Shown here in pieces: positions 33,942 through 45,695 of a stretch of 64,000 bases of DNA. The position numbers were made by a program, and so were the translations under genes. Source of the stretch: Caecitellus pseudoparvulus (lineage: Eukaryota > Protista > Bigyra: Bicosoecida). The notes under the pieces were generated by a model, which did no database searches, was not told where the DNA came from, and worked only from the letters and a program-made list of their open reading frames with translations. How positions within the stretch are numbered: position 1 is the stretch's first letter; each line of letters starts with the position of its first letter. Location: assembly GCA_965644315.1 (NCBI GenBank), contig CBFFRQ010000066.1, positions 1-64,000 on the forward strand, given 5' to 3'.

Positions 33942-36900
33942 CTATTTGGGCCGCACAGCCAGCAGGTACAGCCACACCGCCATGACGTAGTTGGCATACG
34001 CCACCACCCGGCACTCCACGGCGAACTCCACGCCCTCCACCTCCGTGTCGTGCAGCCCCGACGCCTTGACCACCGACACGATCTCAGCCAGGTCCCGGAA
34101 CGGCACGCACAGCGGGAACCCCGTGATCTCGTGCCTGGACAGCGTGGAGGACAGCTGCCCGGCGTGCTCCACAATGGTGCGGGCCACTGTGCCGGCGCCG
34201 CGCCCGCCGTCTCCCACGCCCAGCGGCACACCCTGCAGCAGAGCCAGGTCCTCCAGGCTGCCCAGCAAGTCGTGCAGCTTGTCTGTGAACTTGAACGTAA
34301 GGCGGGTCGTGAGTTTTTCTGCCGTGCGCCAGGACTGGAACTCCCGCTGCAGGCGCTCGGCGATGTCGTCCTGCAGCTGCTCCACAAAGGCGGGGTTGGG
34401 GCGCGTGTACACGATGGGTTCCTGCACTGTGGGCGGCAGCGGCATGTCCGAGCCGGCCGGCCACAGCGGCACCCAATCCCGCGTCGCGCTGACGTCCCAC
34501 CGCATCTTCCACGGCTCCCCATCCCGCTGCACGTTGGCCCACAGGTTGGTGTCGGAGGCCACCATGCCAACACAGTCCAAGGGGCAGGCTGAGTCCGTGC
34601 TCAGGTACGTCCGCCCCGAGCAGGGGTTGATGAGGATAGTCTGGTTGGAGCGTGGGAAGTACCGCGCCACCCACGCCGTGTCCCCCACGTTCTTGGCGTG
34701 CCCCAGCAGCAGGTAGTCGCGCCAGGCGCCTGACCCGCCGTTCTCGGGCTGGTTCAGCCACAGGAGGTAGTTCAGCAGCAGCAGCGCGTGCTCCTCGAAG
34801 TCCCCTGCGCCCATGTCCAGCGCCTGCGCACACGTGGCCCAAATGTCCGCGTGCCGTCCGAACACGTCGATGTCAGACAGGAAGGGCACCAAGGACACGA
34901 AGCGCACGACTTCCTCCGCCGTTTCCATGGGTGGCCCCACCAGCAGCTCCTCCCCCAGCTCCCCAACCTGCCCCGCGGGGGCTGCACCCGACGCAGCCGT
35001 GAAGCGGCCTGACGCCCCGCCGCTGCGCCAGTCATCCTCAGACTCGGCTGAACCCGTGCGTGTGAGGCCGCCCTCCTCCAGGGTGTGGGCCGTGTCTGGG
35101 TGGGGCGGCGGCTGCAGTGGCGTGATGTACTGCGTGATGAGGCGGGGCTGCTTCTCGATGTCTTCCACGACACTCTGCACGTGGCGCCCAGTGCGGGTGG
35201 CGAGCTTGACGGCCCACGAGTACGCCTCAGACAGCACGCGCTTGTAGTCGCTGTCTGAGAGGACAGAGGGTGTTGTGGACAGGGGCGCAGGGGCGGCGCC
35301 TGCACCGCCCTCCCCACCACTACCCGCCCCGCTGTCCTCAGCCCCCCCCCCACCGCCAGATGGGGAGGCTGTAGCTGTGCGGGAGGGGGAGGGGCCCAAC
35401 GCCAGGGCGGGACCAGCAATGGCGGCGTGCTGCCGCCGCACCCTGGCCCGTCGATTGGCCCGTTGCAAGGCGTTGAACCAGGAGGACCCAAACAGGTCAT
35501 CGATGGCAGAGTCCATGGGGGGGGGTCCGGGCAATGGGGGGTCCACGGAGATGGCGCAGAACACCTGAGCAGCCTTCGCGTTGGTCTCAGCCGCCAGCAG
35601 CAGGCCCCGGGAGTCAGGCAGATCGTTGGCCACAGCGGCCGCGCGGGACTCCCCCACCACCGCCCCCGCCCCACGCGGCGCATACCCGAACAGCACCCCG
35701 GGCAGGGCCAGGCGCAAGTGCGCCTCCACCTTGCCTGCCGCGTACAGCGCGTCAAAGGGGATGGACAGGTTGCCCAGGAAGCGCTTCTCGCGCACAGTCT
35801 TGGTGGTGGAGCGTGCCCGGCGGCTGGCGGCGGACTCCACCACCACCTCGTCGAACAGGGCGATGTTCAGGGGGTCTGCCACCCCCGCCAGCACCGTCGG
35901 CGTGACGGTGTCCCCAGGAATGTTCAGTGGCAGCTCCAGCACCTGGTTCCACGTGGGCGTGGGGCCCACCGCGCCCAGGGAGGTCACTTCTGCCCCGCCA
36001 AAGCTGGCCACGGCGACACACCGCACCTGCACGTCGTCCGCGCCACCTGACCACACCTCTGACGCCTCGTTGAAAGCTGCCCAAGTACTGCCATTGGCCG
36101 GGCCGTGGTGTGGCCGGGCCATCTCCTGCAAGTCCTCCTCGTCTGTCCCTGGCCCTCCGGGCAGGGTGTGCTGGCGCACGGGGGGCATGCCACCAGGGGA
36201 CCCGGGGAAGCCCCCCCCTCCACCCCCTCCCAGCCCAGCCCCCCGCCCCGTGGCACTGCGCCGCATGCTCTGCTCCGAGGACAGCGTGTCCCCCAGCGCG
36301 CCCAGCGCCTGCAGGGTGGACCGGTGGGGCATGTTCAGGGCACGCACCAGGTGGATCTTGATCTTGTACTTTGTGGCGGCGGAGTCCACGTCGGCCGTGC
36401 CCCGGATGGCATCCGCCGACAAGCTGGCGGCGGCTGACGGGGCCCGGGAGCTGTTGGGGTGCAGGCTGCGCTTGGGCTTGAAGATGTCCCCCAGCGCAGA
36501 CAGATCCAGCGCCCCCAGCGTGGGCAGGCGCACATCCCGCACGAGGCGGCTGAGCTCCGTGCCGCCGCCCTCGTACTTGGCCTTGCCACTGGGCGTGGCT
36601 TTGATGCGGGAGAGGTAGTTGTGCGCCCTGGCCTTGGCGCGTGCCGCCATGAGCGCAGAGACGCTGTTCTGCCCCTCCCCGAAGGCGAACCCCAGTGCCT
36701 CCGCGCCGGAGCGCTTCTTGGGCGGCTTGAACCCGCCAGCTGCCTCCAGCGCCAGCAGGCGCTTCAGGGCGGCGTGCTCGTTGATCTCAGCGCTGGTGAG
36801 GGGGATGGGCGCGTCCCACTCCCGCCGGAAGGCGTCTGGGTTCGTCGCACGCAGGCGCAGGAGGCGGTGCCGCAGGCCGCCCCCCGTCACCACCATACCC

Positions 36901-39900
36901 CCGGCACGCCCCACCGCCCCGAGCGAGCCGCCCCCCACCGCCTCGGGCAACGACAGGCCTGTACCTGCCGCCAGGGCCGGCGCCAGGAACGCCACTGCGT
37001 GCTGCAGGGCCGCCTCACGGAAGGGCATGAGGGGGCCAGTGGGGCCCCAGATCTCGCCCCGCTTGCCCAGCCCCCCGCTGTCCGGGCCCGCCCCGCCACT
37101 GGCCCCACCGGGTCCGCCCTCTGTCCCCGCCTCGGTCGTGCCATCCTGCAGGAGGGCCAGGGTGCTCTTGCGGGGGTCGTTGGGGTCGGGGATGTGCATG
37201 ACACCCCCCCGCGTGCGGCGACCGGGGGTGGCTGGCTGCCCTGTCCCCCCCTCCTGCGCCTCGGCTGCCCGGCGGGCCGGCGTGTCCCACGTCACCCCCC
37301 CTGGCGCGAAGGCGTTGGGGTCCGCCGCCCATGGCCCCACCAGCAGCTTGTGATTGACGCCGCCCACCGGCACAGGCTGCACGAGCAGGTGCTGGGAGGG
37401 CGCCAGGGCGGAGTTGAAGTGCAGGCGGCCCTTCTTGCCTTCCCACGGCTGGGCGACACCCGTGACCGTAATACGCCCCGTGCTGGAGAAGTCGATGCGC
37501 ACGGGGCGCGGCGGCATGGTGCCCGGCGCCCACTCCAAGTGCACCGCGATGACTCCACGATACCGCCTGTCCACGTACGTCGGCTCAGAGGGCGCGGGGG
37601 CTGGGAGGGGTGTGGAGCCGCCCTCCGCCTCCCCTCGCGGTGGACGGGTGGGGGGCAGCACGCCCTGCCACGCGACGCCCCGCGCCACACGCCCCTCCTC
37701 GTGCCGCACCAACTCCTTGTTGCAGGCGAATTCAAAGGTGCCCCGCACCGGCGGCACGCCCTGTGTCGGGGCGCCATCCTCCGTGTCCGCGCCGGGCAGC
37801 GGCACCAGCACCGTGGACAACTTGGTGTCGAACCAGGGCCCCCCCGCCATGTCTCCGCCCCGCTGCCAGATCTCCACCTCCAGCGTGGACGGGCGCATGT
37901 ACGGCTGCAGCACCAGGTCCTGCCCCACCTCCGCCACGAAGCCCGGCGTGCGCAGGGACACCGCCCGCGACTCGGCAGCCGACGTGCTGACCAGGAGCCC
38001 CCCCCCTCGCTGGTCCGTCAGCAGCTTGCCGTTCACGAGGACCCGTGTGTAGATGCGGGTGCGCGCGGCGGCGAGGCGGCGGGCAGCCTCGCCAGGCGGA
38101 CACGCCGTGTCCGGCGTCAGGATGGTCTCATCCCGGCCCAGCTGCAGGGCGTAGTCCTTGCCATCCCCCCCAATGCCGCCCGCCTCCACCGTGCCCAGTG
38201 CAGAGCCGTCCGCCACACGGCCCAGGCGCAGCAGCAGTTCCTCCCCTGCCCGCACCAGTGCCGCGACGTTGGGGTACAGGTTCCAGTGGGCGGCGGGAGG
38301 GGGCAGAGGGGGGGGCTCATCCCCCCCTTGCCACTCCTCACCCCCCTCTGCGCGCTGCCGCTCCCACGCCCGCTCGTGGTGTGCTTCCGCGTTGGCGCGT
38401 GCCGCCACCGCTGCCGGGTTCACGAACCGCGTCTTCAGGCGCTCCAGCAACACCTCCAGCGCAGGCAGCACGCCACGTGGGGTCGTGCCTGCCGCAGAGC
38501 GGGAGCCCTCGGACCGACCCCCCACCCGGTTGATCTGCAGGTACACCGGCGTGCGGACGACCTTGTCCCTGCGCCGCACCTCCTTCATGGCGCGCCAGGT
38601 GCCGTACAGGCCCGTGGCCATACGCCCCAGGTGCACCCACTCCTCCTGCCGTGTGGACAGCGCCCGCACGGCATCCTGCGCCCGCAGCAGCAGGGACATG
38701 TCGTCGTCCTCCCCGAACACCGCTGCTGAGGACACCTGCGGCACAGGTGCGCCCATGCGCGCTGCAGCACGACTGAGACCCCGTCCCCCCACCTCCTCCG
38801 CCAAGATGTCTCCCGCAGGCACCTCACGGCCGGCAGCGTCCAGGAACCGGTCCAACGGCAGCACCGCTGCTAGGCGTGCATCGCAGTGGGCGATGACATC
38901 TTCCTGCACCCGCCGAGCGTACTCTGCGTGGTCCGCTCGCAGCTTGGCTGCCAGCCAGTCCTCCTCACTGGCCAGGGCGTGGTCGTCGAACACCACCCGA
39001 TCAATGTGCACGTGCAGGCGGGAGCGGGTGCCGGACAGCAGGGCAGCGGCTGCCTCCGCGGCGGCGGCGTCGCCCCTGCCCTCCTTGCGCAGCTTGGCTG
39101 CAGCGGCGGCCGCTGCCGCCTGGGCCGTGACGTCCCCTGCGTCGCCTACGAAGGGGCGCTGGCGGTGTGTGGCCACCTCCTCCCGCGCACCGCCTTGGCC
39201 CTCCACGGCAGACTCCAGGATGACGTCCCCACTCTCATCTGCGGTGTGCGTGGCGCCCAGGCGGCGGGACCGGGGCACGTGTAGGGAGATGGAGCCGACC
39301 TTGAGCACGGGGGGGATGTTGTGGGGCGTGGCGATGGCGCTGGCCCCCGCTGACACCTGCGTGTTGACGTCGCCCGACCCCCCCACCACCACCGGCACAT
39401 CCACTGGCCCCACATGCGGCGGCAGCCACACCGTGCTGGTGGCGCCCCGGGCGGGGTACTCCCGTGTCGACCCCCCCCACACCACCCACCCCTGATCGTT
39501 GGCGGCCTGCACCCCCGCCAGCAGCGCCTTGGACACACCCCTCTCGTGTGCCCGGGCCAGGCGCAGTGCCCGGCGCACATCTGCATCCCACGTGGACGTG
39601 CCCTGTGCCGTGTACAGGCCGTCGGCGGCATCCACAGTGCCCCGGGCCAGGCCCGTCTCGCCAGCAGGCATCGACGCACCCGCTGACCAGTGGGAGCCGC
39701 CCTGAGCACTCAAGTACACTGCGTCCTTCCCCGTCACGTGGCGCAGGATGTACCGTGCCGTGGACGCGACACGGAGAGGTTCATCCCCCACCAGGGAGGG
39801 CGGCTCCCACCAGAACCGGAAGTCACCCATGTCCCCCCGCACCGCGCCAAAGCGGTGCACATTGCCCCGCGATAGCACCTCCACCACCGGCCACAGGGGG

Positions 39901-40584
39901 TACGCCGATGGTGCTCGCGGCAGGTGGGCCGTTTCTGCTGCCCGTAGCCACGGCGCGTCATAGTCTGGCAGCAGGCGGGTGTAGGCGGTGCCCAGAGGGG
40001 TCTGCGCCGGCCGCACCCGCTCGTAGTACAGCAGGCCACGGGAGGCACTGGAGCCTGCCGCCCCTGCAGCGACCAGTGCGCGCCGAGTCTTGACTTGCTG
40101 CGCGAACGCCTCGGCAACCTCCGCATCCCCCGTGCTCTCCGCGTCGTCCTCGGGCAAGCGCTGCACAGCCACAGACGGGACGGCCTCGTCATCCTTGGTC
40201 TCCCCTGTGCCGCCCACGATGGGGGCAGGGCGCCGGCGCCCCCTCTCCAGGTCCTCCCCCTCCTCGCCGCCGTCGCCCCGGCGCCTCGCCGCCGCTCCCA
40301 ACGGTGGACGCCCACCACCACCACCACCACCACTGCTGCTGCCGCGGCCGCGCCAGGACGGCTCGCGGCCAGGCTGGCGCACGCTGCCCTCTCTTCGAGC
40401 ACCGGGCTTGGCCTCTCGTGTTGTGCCGCGGTTTCCCCGCCCTCGCACAGGCTCTGCGACGTGTGGCGGTGCGAGCGTGCTGCGGGGGCTGGCCTGCCGT
40501 TGGCAGCGGCACACGCTGGGATGGCTCAGACGCGCACAGCCAGGCGAACTGACCAAGTGGCTGTCTTCTGGAAGGTGCTGACAT
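33942..40584 (-). CDS. CC2D2A: Ciliary transition-zone protein CC2D2A / MKS6
   Basis: About 2170 aa, with a short first exon and intron 40553-40454. C2 domain (GPTPTWNQVL..LFDEV..REKRFLGNLSIPF), transglutaminase-like GDFEEHALLL.NY, WANVQ and the C-terminal VWLYL. Confidence 0.9.
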
Positions 40585-41046
40585 GGTGCACTTTGCTTTC
40601 AACGCAGGCCCTCAGGCAGCCCTTCCCTCACGTGTCGGATTGCTGGCAGGCGAGGCTGTTGAGGCGAAACGCCCGTCCAACGCCAATGCACGGGAGGCAT
40701 CAAGCGTGCCTCGCAGCGGCACAGAGCAAGCCGGGAGGGTGAAACTGCGGGCATGCAGCACATGCCACACTTGGTACGCAGATGTTTTGTCCGGGACGCG
40801 TACTGAGAGGAGCAGAGCCCTGGACCGGGCACACCGTCGCTCGCCTGCCTCACCCTCAGTTTTGCCCCCGCTGGCATGCGCACTGCGTCCCCCCCCCCCG
40901 CACCGCGCACGCGAAACTCGGTGCCGCTACACACAAACTCAGTCCCCTCATCGTTCCCCCTTTGTCTAGCTGCTTGTGTAAAGCGCCAACACCACCCTCG
41001 CCCCTCGCGCCTCCGTTGGGAGACAAGTACTCTCCTGAACGCCACG

Positions 41047-41892
41047 ATGCAGGTCATGCGCAGGGCGGCAGCGTCCTCCCTGCCCTTGCTGGCTGCAGCA
41101 GGAGGCGGGTGTGCGTACCTGGTGCAAGCCCCCATCCGTGCTGAAGATGTGGGGCCCGCGCCGCCCCCATCCGCCACGCCCGTTGAGCCAGTATTTCTCA
41201 AGCGGGAGTTTCAGGGACCAAATTCCGGCGTCAATCAAGATGCCCTGGACCACGTCGTGGGCCGCACCCTGGAGATGTACGACTGCAAGATGACCAAGCA
41301 GAGCCTGGACATTGTAGCAGAGGACTGCATCTTTGAAGACGTCTTCATGCGCCTGCCAGGCGTGCACATGGTCAAGGCTGGCTTTGACGGCATGCGGCGC
41401 GCCTTTGACGCCGAGCGCAAGGCCGTCATGGTGGACCTGCACACCTACCCGCCGGACTCCTGTCTCTTCGTGCACTCAGATGTGCCGGGCTCCGCCCAGA
41501 CGGACGCGGCTCCGGCAGGTGCTGGCGCTGGGGCGGACGCCACGTCAGCGCCCGAGCCCCGCCACGTGCCCGGCCCCGCGCCCATCCACGCTACAGACAG
41601 GGCAGTGGTCATGCGCCTGACATACACCTACACCATTCTGGGCATGGACGTGCCCTATGACACTGTCGTCAGGCTGTACATCAGGGATGTGGGGGTGGAC
41701 CCCGAGGGACCAGGGGACACTGAGGCGACGCCGCCACACCTGCGCTGGCGCGTGGTAAGGTGGGAGGACATGCTGTGGGGGGCGGAGTTGTTGTCCTGGA
41801 AGAACGGCGGGCTGGCTGGTGGCGCGTTTGCCTTCACTCGGCGGCTGAACGGCGCCATTTACTACGTCCTGCACACGGTGTTTTGCGGGTGA
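41047..41892 (+). CDS. NTF2/SnoaL-like fold protein with a possible organelle-targeting N-terminus
   Basis: AEDCIFED motif and terminal VVRWEDMLWG strand; codon usage is that of a coding sequence. Confidence 0.55.
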   Translation: MQVMRRAAASSLPLLAAAGGGCAYLVQAPIRAEDVGPAPPPSATPVEPVFLKREFQGPNSGVNQDALDHVVGRTLEMYDCKMTKQSLDIVAEDCIFEDVFMRLPGVHMVKAGFDGMRRAFDAERKAVMVDLHTYPPDSCLFVHSDVPGSAQTDAAPAGAGAGADATSAPEPRHVPGPAPIHATDRAVVMRLTYTYTILGMDVPYDTVVRLYIRDVGVDPEGPGDTEATPPHLRWRVVRWEDMLWGAELLSWKNGGLAGGAFAFTRRLNGAIYYVLHTVFCG

Positions 41893-42503
41893 AGCCATGC
41901 GCCCACTGAGGCTGCAGGGCGGAAACAGCACATGAACAGATCCCGCAACTCTGCATTGGTGTGCACCCTTCCATGGCCGTTTGTAGGCGGCGTGGTGCGG
42001 GCGCTGGCTGGACCACTTGGCTGAACCCATAAATGCATCATTCGCGCAACTGCATTTAGCTCCGCATTCCGTGATTCGTTGCACCACACGCCGGGTACTT
42101 TAGAAGGACCAAACCAACCACACTCCTCAGTGATTTCAATAGCAGGTGAGTTCTTGCCACGTGTTTTGCTCGTCGCGGTGGAGCGGGCGCTGTGCTGGCC
42201 AAGCTGAGAGCTAGGGGCAGGCGGCTGAGCAGAGGAGCAGGCACACTGCGCCGGCCAGGTCGCGGGCAGCCTCTTTGGGCGGCCCCGCAGCCGATGCACA
42301 GCAGTTGTGCAGGGATATCCGTGTGCTGTTCCGGGCAGTCTCCCAGCCCTGGCTCCAGCAGAGCCGCGCAGAGCGTGGCGTTGGGAGGCGGACATCTGGC
42401 GCTCGCAAATTCCGCACCCCCAGCACTGCTGCCCTCCCCGCTCGCGTCACAGAGCCCGTCACGGCCTGCCGTTGTTGCACCACCCACACACAGCCAGTCC
42501 AAG

Positions 42504-43013
42504 ATGCCCCCTAAGGGCGGCCCCCCTGCCGCTGAGGCAAAGGTGTTCTACTTGCGCTGCACTGGTGGCGAGTCCACGCCCGCTGCCGTGCTGGCACCCA
42601 AGGTTGGTTCTCTGGGTGTGCCCCCCAAGAAGGTGGGTGATGACATCATGAACTCCACCATGGACTGGAAGGGCCTGCGCGTCATGGTCAAGCTGACCAT
42701 CCTCAACCGCCAGCCCTCTTGCGAGGTCATCCCCTCCGCCGCCGCCCTGGTGCTCAAGGCACTGAAGGAGCCCGCTCGCGACCGCAAGAAGGGCCCCAAG
42801 GACATCGTCCACGACGGCAACTTGACCATGGATGACGTCAAGAACGTCGCTCGCGAGATGCGCTTCAAGTCCATGGCCCGCACCTTCGCCGGCACTGTCA
42901 AGGAGATCCTGGGTACCTGCAACTCCATCGGCTGCACCGTGGACGGCAAGGGTCCCCGCGATGTCATCGCTGAGGTCAACGACGGCCTGTACGACTTCGA
43001 GGGCGAGGAGTAA
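42504..43013 (+). CDS. RPL12: 60S ribosomal protein L12 (uL11)
   Basis: MPPK...YLRCTGGE...[17 protein letters not shown]...WKGLRV.VKLTI.NRQ...ALKEP.RDRKK...GTVKEILGT; intronless. Confidence 0.98.
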   Translation: MPPKGGPPAAEAKVFYLRCTGGESTPAAVLAPKVGSLGVPPKKVGDDIMNSTMDWKGLRVMVKLTILNRQPSCEVIPSAAALVLKALKEPARDRKKGPKDIVHDGNLTMDDVKNVAREMRFKSMARTFAGTVKEILGTCNSIGCTVDGKGPRDVIAEVNDGLYDFEGEE

Positions 43014-43071
43014 GCCAACTCACAGTCAATGCAGCAGTTCCTTCGCACGTCTTGCGCTTGCATTGCTGCAC

Positions 43072-45288
43072 TTAGCCCTGTGCTGCGCCCCCCGTCAGCC
43101 ACCGCCCAACCCGCTGCATGCGAGAGTTAAGCTCGGGGAGGCGAGCCGGCGGGGTGCTGCGCACGCCATCCAGCTCCAGGTAGTCCTCTTCGTCCTCCTC
43201 ACCCTGTGCGTCTGGCAGAGGCGCCCCGCTTCCGCCGTACTCCCGCCGCCCTGCCTTCAGCACAGTCTCGCCGGCGGCATTGTACCCCGTCGCCCCCGCA
43301 CACACCAGGAGCTGCATGAGCAGGGGCACTTTGAAGAAGACAAAGGGGGCTGCCGACAGGCCAAACACCGCCCGCACCCAGAACAGCGTGGCCTGCAGCC
43401 GCCACACCGCCACGGCGTCCTGCGGCGACAGCCACAGGAAGTGCCCCACAGCCAGCCCGCCAAGCGCCAGCGTCACGCCTGCAGCTGCCACGTAGTACCG
43501 CCACGTCGCCGCTAGATACCCCCCTCGCTCCTGCAGTGACAGGGTGCTGCGGGCGGGCCTGGAGGGAGCCAGGTGCCGCGGTAGCCCCACCCGCGCCAGG
43601 CACCGCATGCCAGGCCCCTGCACCCAACGAGCCGCCACGTGCCAGGGACAGGGCAGGCGCCAGCAGCTGCGGCCCATGACGCCACACCTGGCAGCGGTGC
43701 GGGGCGTGGCTGGGGGACTCTGCCCTGCGCCCTGCTGTGTGGGAGGCAGCGTCAACTGCGGCAGCCGGTCTGCACCCCCCCCCTCCTCCTCCTCCTCCTC
43801 GTCCACATCCGCCCAAATGGTGCCACGGCCCCAGTGTGAAGGCGGCGTGGATGGTGCTGATGGCGTGGAGAACGTCACGCCCCCGGGCCTCCCAGGTGTG
43901 GTGCTGGTGGCAGCAGGGCTGGCACCGCCCCCCTCCTCCTCCCCCCTGGCTGCAGGCGAGTGCACGTGGCGGCGGCGTGACCAGGGCAGCATGCCATACG
44001 CCGCCGCCACCAACACCAGCTGCATGAGGAAGAAGGTGCCGTCCAACCAGTTCAGCGTTGGGCCCCACTCCATGCAGCTGTGGTGGGAGGGGGGAGTAGA
44101 GGGGGGCGGTGTCCACCACGTGGCATTCAGTTGCGCACCCCCCTCCACCGTCAACAGCGGGGTGTGCGGCCCCACACCTTCCCACCAAGCCCACCCAGCA
44201 GCAGCAGGCAGTGCGCCGAGCTTCAACCCTTGCGCCTGCTGTGCCAGCCACACCAGTGCCCCCCAAATGGACCCCGCCACGCTGAACCCACGCGGCAGCA
44301 CGTGCATGCACAGGTGCTGCCGCGCGGCGCCGTACACGACGGACCACAGCCCCACGCCCACGAACTTGGACGCTTCAAAGCCCACGATGAACTCCGCCAG
44401 CTGGAACTCGTCCGTCTTGTCCTTGGCCACGAACAACAGCAACCACCACAGCTGCCCCAGCAGGGGTGTCATGCCCAGCGCCTGCGCCGCCCACCAGCGC
44501 TTACTGCGCGCTGAGCGCCACACAGACTTGTCTGCTGGCCACATGACGTACAGGATGCGTGCTCGCAGGGCTGCCCACCAGGCGGCGAGGGTGGGGGCGC
44601 TGCTGCTGTTGATGCCTAGGGCGGGAGCTGTGGGAGTCACAGCCAGCGTGCCGCTCCTGCCGTGGGCAGGCCCCGCGTGCGCTGGGGGGAAGAGCCCCAG
44701 TCGGCGCAGCTGCAGGTGTTTGACGGGGGTCAGGATGATGCGGCGGGTAGTGCTGAAGACCCCCTGCTTGACCTCGGGGATGACGCCGCGGATGGTGTCC
44801 CGCACCAGGGCCTGCACGAACAGCGGCATGTGACGGTCCACCGCCGCCGCCTCCACCCGGGCCGCGACGGTGTCCACCAGCACGGCCATGTTGCCTTCCA
44901 CAGCGGACTGCACTGCGCGGTCCAGGTCCGCTGTGCGCTGCTGCACGAAGGCCTGCGCGGACTGCACCGACGCCACGACGCCTGAGCGGCCGGCCGAGAC
45001 GACAGCGTTGGCGCCGCTCTGCAGCTCCTGCAGCGCGTCACGCAGGGCAGGCATGCTGTCAAACAGGTTCGGCCGGAACCACAGCCACACCATGAGCGTG
45101 GCCGTCAGCAGCGTGGCGGAGGCTGAGGTCAGGGACACGCCCGCTCGTCTGGAGGAAGTGGCCTTGAACATGGCTTGAGCAGCGAGGTAGGTGAGCAGGA
45201 TGCCGGTCGCGAATGACAGTCGGTCATGGCCGGTGTGAGGCCGCTCCCGGAGCCCTGGCTGCGCCACGCGTCGCCGGGGCGTCTGCAT
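43072..45288 (-). CDS. Uncharacterised multi-pass membrane protein
   Basis: 738-aa ORF with several hydrophobic helices and conserved-looking blocks (DKTDEFQLAEFIVGFEASKF; TGYNAAG). AATGCA lies 8 nt after the stop. Confidence 0.65.
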   Translation of the reverse strand: MQTPRRRVAQPGLRERPHTGHDRLSFATGILLTYLAAQAMFKATSSRRAGVSLTSASATLLTATLMVWLWFRPNLFDSMPALRDALQELQSGANAVVSAGRSGVVASVQSAQAFVQQRTADLDRAVQSAVEGNMAVLVDTVAARVEAAAVDRHMPLFVQALVRDTIRGVIPEVKQGVFSTTRRIILTPVKHLQLRRLGLFPPAHAGPAHGRSGTLAVTPTAPALGINSSSAPTLAAWWAALRARILYVMWPADKSVWRSARSKRWWAAQALGMTPLLGQLWWLLLFVAKDKTDEFQLAEFIVGFEASKFVGVGLWSVVYGAARQHLCMHVLPRGFSVAGSIWGALVWLAQQAQGLKLGALPAAAGWAWWEGVGPHTPLLTVEGGAQLNATWWTPPPSTPPSHHSCMEWGPTLNWLDGTFFLMQLVLVAAAYGMLPWSRRRHVHSPAARGEEEGGGASPAATSTTPGRPGGVTFSTPSAPSTPPSHWGRGTIWADVDEEEEEEGGGADRLPQLTLPPTQQGAGQSPPATPRTAARCGVMGRSCWRLPCPWHVAARWVQGPGMRCLARVGLPRHLAPSRPARSTLSLQERGGYLAATWRYYVAAAGVTLALGGLAVGHFLWLSPQDAVAVWRLQATLFWVRAVFGLSAAPFVFFKVPLLMQLLVCAGATGYNAAGETVLKAGRREYGGSGAPLPDAQGEEDEEDYLELDGVRSTPPARLPELNSRMQRVGRWLTGGAAQG

Positions 45289-45695
45289 CGCTGCACCGGC
45301 GTTTCGCCGCGGCGTTTCAACACAAGGCCAGCCTCACTGCGCTGCTGCGACACCGACGCCCAGTGCCTGCTTCCTGGGCGTGTCTGGTCAAACAAAGTTC
45401 GATTTCAACTCAGCCATGCTCCTCAGGTCGCCCTGGCAGGCTTGTTTCTGTCCACTGGCGCGCTCTGACGCCACGGCTTACCGTCGCCGTGCCAAGCATT
45501 GTGCTCGCAAGCTGACGTGCAATGCACGCCCCGCCACCACTTTGCCAGAGCACGCGCACCTCGCCAGCCCCCACTTCCCTGCCTCCCAGCCCCCCCGTGC
45601 TCGGCCAGGACAACGAGGCTCCAGTGGCCGGCCTTTCCTGCCGCCCTGCCACGTGAGGCACACGCAGCGCCAGGCTTGGCCACGCACCTGCCACC

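Noticed and set aside
40311-40340. Poly-His ORF from a (CCA)n run
   Set aside because: It is the antisense of a poly-Gly tract in CC2D2A.
34000-40700. Long plus-strand ORFs opposite CC2D2A (up to 756 aa), and similar shadow ORFs throughout the window
   Set aside because: These are expected antisense or alternative-frame ORFs in high-GC3 genes, with no recognisable motifs.
41950-42180. AT-richer stretch as U3/snRNA or a pre-SET fragment (ITECGAKCSC)
   Set aside because: There is no convincing box or Sm-site arrangement, and the SET-like words are in different frames and the wrong order. More likely the RPL12 upstream region.
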